A stretch of DNA of 64,000 nt from the NCBI GenBank assembly GCA_049291975.1, contig JBATQJ010000152.1:601-64600 (forward strand), read 5' to 3'. Positions 57,647 through 64,000 of the stretch are shown here, in pieces. The stretch comes from Scrofimicrobium sp. Lineage in GTDB: Bacteria; Actinomycetota; Actinomycetes; Actinomycetales; Actinomycetaceae. The first letter of the stretch is position 1. Each line of letters opens with the position of its first letter. Below the pieces are notes generated by a model that saw only the letters and a list, made by a program, of their open reading frames with translations, ran no database searches and was not told the origin of the DNA. The position numbers were made by a program, and so were the translations under genes.

Positions 57647-58590
57647 CACAACTCCTGCGCGAAGTTAGCTTGGCGTCTAGCAAAGTACCTCTGCGCGGCC
57701 CACAGCGCGACAAGCCCAACAAGACCGGCGATTAGCATCCTCAGCCAAAGGTCGGGAAGCAACTCTCCTCCGCTTGGGATCGCCCAGAAGGCCTCTTGGA
57801 AACCGATGACGGCGATGGTGATGGGGTTGGCCATGTATATGCTGGTCAGCCAGTCCAGGCCCATATCTCCGAACGTTTCCCGAACAAAAGTCCAAGAATA
57901 GAGTATCGGGCTGAACCACATCAGCAGCATCATTACGACGTCTGTTAAGAATTGGATATCGCGCATGAAAACGTTGGCGGCTGACAGAGTCAATCCCAAT
58001 GCCAACGCCCATACCATGATGACGAAGAACGCGGCGAACGCGAACAACAGGTTGGTTCCGACCGATATCGTTCCTATCAATAGCGCAGCTATCAGCAGGA
58101 TTATCAACTGGATCGCGAAATTGAATAGTGAAGCCCCTGCCGCAGCCAAAGGAAAGACTTCCCTCGGCAAGTGGACTTTCTTAATCAGTCCAGAGTTGGA
58201 GACGACGGAACTGGTCATCGACGTCACCGTTTCGCTAAACAGGCCGTAGATGGTCAGACCGCAGAAAATGAATACTGCAAAGTTGTCGATGCCGCGAGCG
58301 GCCCCGAGGAACTTCCCTATGACCAGGTAGTAGATGAACAACTGGGTTAGTGGCCTCACCAAACTCCAGACCAGTCCAAGAGCAGAATCCTTGTACTTTC
58401 CAACCAGCTCTCTGCGTACCAATTGCCCGAGGAGTTCGCGCCGCCCCAAAACGTCCTTCAGTGAACTGAAAAAGCCCGAGACTGCGTTTCCCTGACTCTT
58501 ATAGGAAACGAAAGGCAACTCCGACAATCTCGTATAGCGGGCTTCTGCCGCGACCACATCAGGATCACTCACACTCTGCTCTCTTTCCAC
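57646..58590 (-). CDS. ABC-2 type polysaccharide export permease (Wzm/TagG type)
   Basis: 6 hydrophobic helices and the typical N-terminus (...LVRRELVGKYKDSALGLVWSLVRPL). GTG start. Confidence 0.9.
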   Translation of the reverse strand: MEREQSVSDPDVVAAEARYTRLSELPFVSYKSQGNAVSGFFSSLKDVLGRRELLGQLVRRELVGKYKDSALGLVWSLVRPLTQLFIYYLVIGKFLGAARGIDNFAVFIFCGLTIYGLFSETVTSMTSSVVSNSGLIKKVHLPREVFPLAAAGASLFNFAIQLIILLIAALLIGTISVGTNLLFAFAAFFVIMVWALALGLTLSAANVFMRDIQFLTDVVMMLLMWFSPILYSWTFVRETFGDMGLDWLTSIYMANPITIAVIGFQEAFWAIPSGGELLPDLWLRMLIAGLVGLVALWAAQRYFARRQANFAQEL

Positions 58591-58989
58591 GCCCTACATC
58601 GGCTGCAACTAACCAATGATATGTGAGAGCGCCCTTTCGAACCGACAATGCCGCTAGACTCCCAGATGAATGTCCATGGGATTCGAGGAAGCAATACTCC
58701 TAATCACGGTCGAGCAAAGGATTGCATCAAGCTGAAGAGCCCAGCGGAAAACTACCTCTTAGCGAAACCTGACAAACGTGACGACAAGTACCAACATGAT
58801 GACAGCCCAGCGGAAAACGCCACACGGGTCGATTATCGAATCGCTCACCCGAACGAACACGGTTAAGCCTGAGGAGGTCGATGCCGTGGTGAGAAGGTGG
58901 GGGCGCCCCGTAAGGGATCCCTATGTTCCGTTCACGTCCCATAAGCAGTACATGCGCCTGCGCGGCGGAACGACTAACCTCACTACTAG

Positions 58990-60840
58990 CTAACTGCGCC
59001 CAAGTCGACGCTTCATTCCCCCAACGGTCCGCTTCACGAATGCCTCGGCGCTAGCCGCTGCGGCGCCAGTTCGTGGATACCGAGTCTTTAGTTGACGTCG
59101 GATCAGGAAACGAACCTGCGCGTCACTCGGTGCGGTATCGCCTCCGCCCAGCAGCTTGATCTGCCTGGTGGCGAACGGGAACAGATAGTGACTTACCTGG
59201 TCATACTTGTACTGAAGTGCGACTGAAGAGATCTCGGCTAGTTCTTTCTGCTGAACACAGCGAGCATAGTAGCCCTGACTAAACACCACGTAGCTAAACA
59301 AGCGTTCGATTACGTGGGCGAGGGAACCGTCGCGATACCCATCCGCGTCCGGGAACTCCTCCGGCCGAAAACCCGCGTCAACCAAGGGAAGCAGTGCCTC
59401 ACGTCGCGCGTAGAACATAGAACCGTATGGCGATAATGGAGTGAAAGTGTCGAACGGAATATCAACCTTCAATCGTTTCGCGAGTTGCTCAGCAGGCCCC
59501 TTGTTGAGGGTCCAACCGTTCCCCATAGTCGGCACTCCCATGTGGATGACAGGGGGCATGATGATACCCAGTTCAGGTTCATCCTGGAAACGCTTCAGTA
59601 TGTGCTTCACATATCCGGGCGAACCGAGGAGGTTCTTGAACAGATGATCGCGGAACCACGCACTCACTGACGAAGGATCCTGGACCGAGCGCTTGGAATG
59701 CAATTTCAGAATGACGTCGAACTTGGGATCCCTCAGAATGTCCTCGCAGTCAACCAGGAGAGCTGACACGTCCCTACCACGGTTCGTCGTAACCACCCGC
59801 ACCTGCCAGGTGGCAAGGCGGTCTTGTCCCTTCAAGATCGACTCAAGTTCCTGACGCTTTTCTTCGGTATTGGTCGTAACAAAAAGCTCAACGGGGTCCG
59901 GAACGTTTCCGGCATACTTCAGTATCTGGGCGAGCATTTCGGGATAGAAGACGTGGGCAATGACTGCCGTCTTCATTTCGTTTACGAAACCTCGGGGTGC
60001 GGTGTTCGGAAGGATATCCAGTAGTGACAGATTGGTGTACCAGGTCTGAGGAGGGCAACTGCTGAGGATCCGACTCCAGAAGAGACGAGACGGATACTGT
60101 GACCTACTCGTATAGTCATAGGCGTACCGAGGAACGATCGCCCACCTTTCCAGAACCAGCGGATTGGAGGTGAAGATGGCCCAGGGAAGAAGCGGGATTC
60201 CCTCGTGCAAGTAGAACTCGAGATCACGGGCAAAGAGGTCGTTCGGGCCATCGAACACCGGTCGAACGGCTACTCCCTCCGCCTCTAGCGTTCGGGTGAA
60301 TCCGGCCAAGTCCAACCACCCGAGCTCTGCTTCCGCAAGGTCAGTGGCTCTGCGCGTGGCCTCCCAAAAGCGCTCAGTGCCGAGCAGACCGCGTGGAATC
60401 CTCAGCCAGGTGAGCTCCATCGCGAGCGGCCCTGCGGGTTCCGCGGTCGGCAGAGTCATGTCCTCAGTTGCATCTTGTCGTCCGTCGGAACCGACAAGAG
60501 TCAGAACCACACCGGAGTCTTCGCCCGCCATCAACTCGTCGATGGACCCCACCGGACCGAAAACCTGATCACTAATCACAACCAGGTCACGCGAAGTGTC
60601 AAGAGAACCAAGGGAACGCAATCGCATTAGGATCCCAGCGAGCCCCTGTTCTGGAACGTATCGAACCTCGGCTCCACGGTCCGCGTCAGACAGGGCCGTC
60701 TCTGCGTTTCGCGCAGGTGCCGCAGTAACCAATCCGCTTGTCAGACCATCGAAGGCCGCAAGAAGGTGACGATCTTGTTCCGCCCACTGTCTACCGGTAC
60801 GCACAAAGAGGAGCGCTGGAAGCGCCATTTCATCTCTCAT
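58990..60840 (-). CDS. Rhamnan synthesis protein F (RgpF)-family glycosyltransferase
   Basis: C-terminal half TAVIAHVFYPEMLAQILKY...LFVTTNTEEK...GRDVSALLV... matches the RgpF pattern. The ATG overlaps the upstream TGA (ATGA). Confidence 0.75.
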   Translation of the reverse strand: MRDEMALPALLFVRTGRQWAEQDRHLLAAFDGLTSGLVTAAPARNAETALSDADRGAEVRYVPEQGLAGILMRLRSLGSLDTSRDLVVISDQVFGPVGSIDELMAGEDSGVVLTLVGSDGRQDATEDMTLPTAEPAGPLAMELTWLRIPRGLLGTERFWEATRRATDLAEAELGWLDLAGFTRTLEAEGVAVRPVFDGPNDLFARDLEFYLHEGIPLLPWAIFTSNPLVLERWAIVPRYAYDYTSRSQYPSRLFWSRILSSCPPQTWYTNLSLLDILPNTAPRGFVNEMKTAVIAHVFYPEMLAQILKYAGNVPDPVELFVTTNTEEKRQELESILKGQDRLATWQVRVVTTNRGRDVSALLVDCEDILRDPKFDVILKLHSKRSVQDPSSVSAWFRDHLFKNLLGSPGYVKHILKRFQDEPELGIIMPPVIHMGVPTMGNGWTLNKGPAEQLAKRLKVDIPFDTFTPLSPYGSMFYARREALLPLVDAGFRPEEFPDADGYRDGSLAHVIERLFSYVVFSQGYYARCVQQKELAEISSVALQYKYDQVSHYLFPFATRQIKLLGGGDTAPSDAQVRFLIRRQLKTRYPRTGAAAASAEAFVKRTVGGMKRRLGRS

Positions 60841-62528
60841 TTGCTGTCGTCCCTCTCTCCTCGGACAGCTTCCTTAACGCGTGCCTCCATGGAATGGAGC
60901 GTCTCAAACGCCGATGGTGACACCTGCCTGACGAAGTGTCCGACCTTGCTCTTGAAACTGGGGGCGGCAATCTGGCCTGAGTACGGGTAGTCGAGGTATC
61001 CGGGTTGCACGTACGGCTTTCGTGAGTAGGCATCCTGCAACAGGCTCGCCGAGCGCCGGAGTTCGGTCTCTGTTCCTACCTGACCGACAAACCAGCCCTC
61101 TTCCTTGGCGATGTCGCCGACAAGCAGATCAAGGATACGGACGAGGGTATTTTCGTCTCCGGCCACCCTCGTTAGTGCGGACCATCCGCCTGCACGTTCA
61201 ATCCGTCCGCTAGCGGACTCCAAGAGTTCCCGGCGGTACGCGGCGATGCTTCGATAGGGCGCCAAGACAGACGTGTGACTGAACGGACCGGAGAGTCCCA
61301 GAGCCTCCGCCACGCTCTCCGCAACCTTCGTCCTTGAAAACCACTTACGTCCATCAACCGGCTCGCTCAACAGATCCATGTAGGGGAAGACTGCCGCCAT
61401 CAATGGTCGTTCCAGTAGACGACCGGACACGAACCCAGATGCTTCGACAACCGCCGAGTGGGCGTAGTTGTAGGAGGAGACGGCTCCGTCGGAGAGATGA
61501 CCACGTCGCGGAGCGATCGAGTCAACGATCAGAATCTTCGCATCTCCGAGAACCGCTTCAACTCCATTTGTTGCCAGGCGTTTCCAGGGGCTTCCCACTA
61601 TCGTTGTAAACTCTCCGGCGTCATCTGCAACTTCGCATCCGTCGTCAGAAGACGGCGGAACCATGAAGGTTGCGTCCATGCCGAAACTCAACTCTCTCGC
61701 GGTCGCACGTCGATGAACGCCCTCAAGAACAAGCTCTTCGGGGTACCCGAGCTTCACTGCCTCCGCAGTCACTGAACCGGAAAACACTCCCTGGCGCGCA
61801 AGCCACGGCGCATCGTGAAAGTACAACCGCTTTTTAAAGAGGGGACAGCCGTCGCGCAGTAGCGCCAAGGGCGCTTCCATCGCAGAGTTTCGAACTCCGT
61901 AGTCCGAGGCGGGATAGGCGGCTTTCCATTTGAAGCCAAGCTCTGAAAAATGTTCTGTGAACCTCGTTTCAAAGCTGGTTATCACTCCCTCGTAACTAGT
62001 TGGGTCTTCAAGTCCGATCCAGTACGACCGGAAGGCATCGCTGGCTAGAAGCGGTCTGCGCACGGCAAGCCAAAAGGATTGCAAGTGAGCAGGCATAGTT
62101 CCTTTTCCTGACACCGGATCAGGGGTGACCCTCGGATGATCGGTGATCCCCCAGAAATCGACGCCGCTCTCCCCCATTTGCTCCAAGACGGGACCGAAGG
62201 AGCCAACCGGACCAAAGAACGTGTAGTTGACCATAAGTAGCTCATCGAACTGGCTCAGCTCATCCCATCCGACGTGGGAAAAGGCATCGCGATATGCACC
62301 AACGTCATATCCGACGTTTTCCCTTTCCAGCACGTCATCGGCGACTGACAGCAGCGCCAACTTTGCCTCTTCCTTCAGTCGTCCGTTGCTCACTACGAGT
62401 ATGTGCTGTGCGAAGGGGCGAAAACCTCGGAGGGTGTAGAGGGTCGATTCGTCGCAAAGACCGTCTGGATCGTAAAGCAAGAAAGTGAGGATTCGTCTAG
62501 TGGACGGCTTCGAGGTGGAGGTACTCAA
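60837..62528 (-). CDS. RgpF-family glycosyltransferase (second paralog)
   Basis: N-terminal half ILTFLLYDPDG...VVSNG...ENVGYDVGAYRDAF...LLMVNYTFFGPV matches the RgpF pattern. TTG start, uncertain. Confidence 0.75.
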   Translation of the reverse strand: MSTSTSKPSTRRILTFLLYDPDGLCDESTLYTLRGFRPFAQHILVVSNGRLKEEAKLALLSVADDVLERENVGYDVGAYRDAFSHVGWDELSQFDELLMVNYTFFGPVGSFGPVLEQMGESGVDFWGITDHPRVTPDPVSGKGTMPAHLQSFWLAVRRPLLASDAFRSYWIGLEDPTSYEGVITSFETRFTEHFSELGFKWKAAYPASDYGVRNSAMEAPLALLRDGCPLFKKRLYFHDAPWLARQGVFSGSVTAEAVKLGYPEELVLEGVHRRATARELSFGMDATFMVPPSSDDGCEVADDAGEFTTIVGSPWKRLATNGVEAVLGDAKILIVDSIAPRRGHLSDGAVSSYNYAHSAVVEASGFVSGRLLERPLMAAVFPYMDLLSEPVDGRKWFSRTKVAESVAEALGLSGPFSHTSVLAPYRSIAAYRRELLESASGRIERAGGWSALTRVAGDENTLVRILDLLVGDIAKEEGWFVGQVGTETELRRSASLLQDAYSRKPYVQPGYLDYPYSGQIAAPSFKSKVGHFVRQVSPSAFETLHSMEARVKEAVRGERDDSK

Positions 62529-62785
62529 GATGTCTTCAGTTCTGTCGGTTGCATGCTATTTCCCGCATCAACATTATGGCCCTAACGTCTGTCTATTGCC
62601 GGGTTCTGGCTACACGTCACGTTGCACCGTTTCTGGACGGGCCGACGCGATGTACCGAACACACGATCCATCTGTAATCTACGATACTGGTAGCCCAGAT
62701 GAGACGCAGCTTGCCGGGCAGTGTCGCTGGGATCCGCTCCATAACACAGAGCGCCATCACTACGTAGAACCCCGGGGACGGTCGG

Positions 62786-64000
62786 ATGAAAGCCACAGAG
62801 GAGCGAGAGCTCTCCACAAGTTCAGTCTCAACTCCCTCGTTCACCCTCGTTTTACCGGTAGACAGCGAAGACTCCCTCGTTCCCGATGAAACGATCAAGA
62901 CGGTGCTGGAGCAGAGCTTCAATGACTGGGAAATGATCCTCGTCATTACAGGTTCCGGCACCGCGCGGACCAGCAAACATTGGAAACAGCTGAGGGAGGA
63001 CAGGCGTGTCCGCCTGATCAGGGCAGAGGAGGCGAGCGCAGTTGCCAGCCTCAATGCCGCCGTAAAGAGGTCCACTGGCGAGTGGATCATCCCGATTGAC
63101 GGTTCCATGCAACTGCGACCAAATGCCCTGGAAGTGCTCCAAAAGGCGGCGAGTGAAACCCCTATTGCTGGCCTTATCTACTCCGACGAGGGCGAGATCG
63201 ACGACCGGGAACGGAGGAAGCCGTCTGACCAAAAGCCTTCCTGGTCGCCGGAGAGACTACGCCACGGAATGTACCTGGGAAACTTCGTCGCTTTCAGACG
63301 CGACCTTACCCTAAACGTCGACATGTATCGTCAAGAGTTTGAGGGTGTCCACAACTATGACCTTGCTCTGCGGATCTCTGAAACAACAGCAGATGTTGCG
63401 TTTGTTCCCGCAGTGCTGTGTTACCGCTTCATGGCTACGGAGGAACTTAGCGGACTCGAGAATGACGAGCAGGCATTAGGCCGTGCCGCCATCCAAGAGC
63501 ATCTGAATCGGATCGAACTTGAGTCATACGAAGTAGTGGATGGACCGCGACCGGGGACCTATTCCCTGAAGCGTCCGTTTGATCCCGAGACTAGGGTTTC
63601 AGTAGTGATTCCGACGCGGGGCGGGTCCGCAGAAATTCGTGGTCAAGAAAGAGTTCTCGTAACTCATACAGTCCGCTCACTTATGGAACACACAACCCAC
63701 CAGAATCTGGAAGTCGTCATCGTCTTTGACGCTGACACTCCTCAGAGCGTGCTCGCCGAACTCGAGAGTATCTGCAGTTCAAAGCTGGTGCCGGTGCGCT
63801 ACGAGCGACCGTTCAATTTCTCTGAGAAGTGCAACCTCGGATTCGCAGCCTCCAGCGGCAACATCGTAGTGTTCCTGAATGACGATATGGAAATAGTTTC
63901 GGATCGTTTCATTGAGGATCTCTGCGCTCCACTCCAAGAAAAGGAAGTTGGTGCTACGGGAGCCAGGTTGATCTTCGAGAACGGCACGATTCAGCATGCC
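62786..64000 (+). CDS. Two-domain GT2 glycosyltransferase, 3' end outside the window
   Basis: Not in the ORF track because there is no stop inside the window. ATG at 62786 follows an in-frame TAG at 62765. The first GT-A domain is FTLVLPVD...NDWEMILV...IPIDGS...YSDE; the second is VSVVIPTRGG...VVIVFDADT...VFLNDDME. The frame stays open to 64000. Confidence 0.8.
   Translation, partial: MKATEERELSTSSVSTPSFTLVLPVDSEDSLVPDETIKTVLEQSFNDWEMILVITGSGTARTSKHWKQLREDRRVRLIRAEEASAVASLNAAVKRSTGEWIIPIDGSMQLRPNALEVLQKAASETPIAGLIYSDEGEIDDRERRKPSDQKPSWSPERLRHGMYLGNFVAFRRDLTLNVDMYRQEFEGVHNYDLALRISETTADVAFVPAVLCYRFMATEELSGLENDEQALGRAAIQEHLNRIELESYEVVDGPRPGTYSLKRPFDPETRVSVVIPTRGGSAEIRGQERVLVTHTVRSLMEHTTHQNLEVVIVFDADTPQSVLAELESICSSKLVPVRYERPFNFSEKCNLGFAASSGNIVVFLNDDMEIVSDRFIEDLCAPLQEKEVGATGARLIFENGTIQHA

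Noticed and set aside
58648-58993. Track ORFs of 71-72 aa in the 400-bp gap of the polysaccharide cluster
   Set aside because: They mutually overlap on both strands, lack an RBS and have odd composition. The region is treated as regulatory DNA.

Overview
High-GC actinobacterial chromosome segment. Gene order matches the conserved Actinomycetota neighbourhoods kgd, sigH-rshA, aroA, rsgA, secA-hpf-comF-lpqB-mtrB-mtrA, DUF3499, whiB2 and wbbL. There are four blocks. (1) 1-4987 is the right end of an integrative island sitting against tRNA-Phe. It carries a tyrosine integrase, an excisionase-type HTH gene, an HTH protein plus GNAT, and a translationally coupled GTPase + 114-aa operon that I cannot place in any known family; this operon is my best candidate for an undescribed conflict/defence module. 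The tRNA-Phe has helix mismatches only in its 3' half, as expected if that half came from the element. (2) 5.1-40.1 kb is mostly housekeeping core. It includes a 24-aa bL37 ribosomal protein gene that is too short for the ORF track. (3) 40.1-44.1 kb is a visibly more AT-rich toxin-antitoxin/defence islet wedged between a wbbL-like rhamnosyltransferase and rmlB. It holds a toxin + RHH antitoxin pair, an intact VbhA-like antitoxin with a decayed Fic gene, and an AbiEi/AbiEii-like pair with an upstream inverted repeat. (4) 44.1-64 kb is a rhamnose-containing cell-wall polysaccharide cluster: rmlA, rmlB, GT2s, two RgpF-like proteins, a Wzm/Wzt ABC exporter, a Wzx-like flippase, a GtrB-like synthase + DUF2304, large polytopic membrane proteins and an acyltransferase-SGNH protein. 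Its logic resembles the streptococcal Rgp/Gac pathway. Two convergent gene junctions (comF/lpqB and TIGR03089/GT2) carry diverged duplications of a gene terminus. No rRNA, CRISPR array or intact IS element was seen. All calls rest on reading the sequence and ORF translations and on remembered family motifs; no searches were run.
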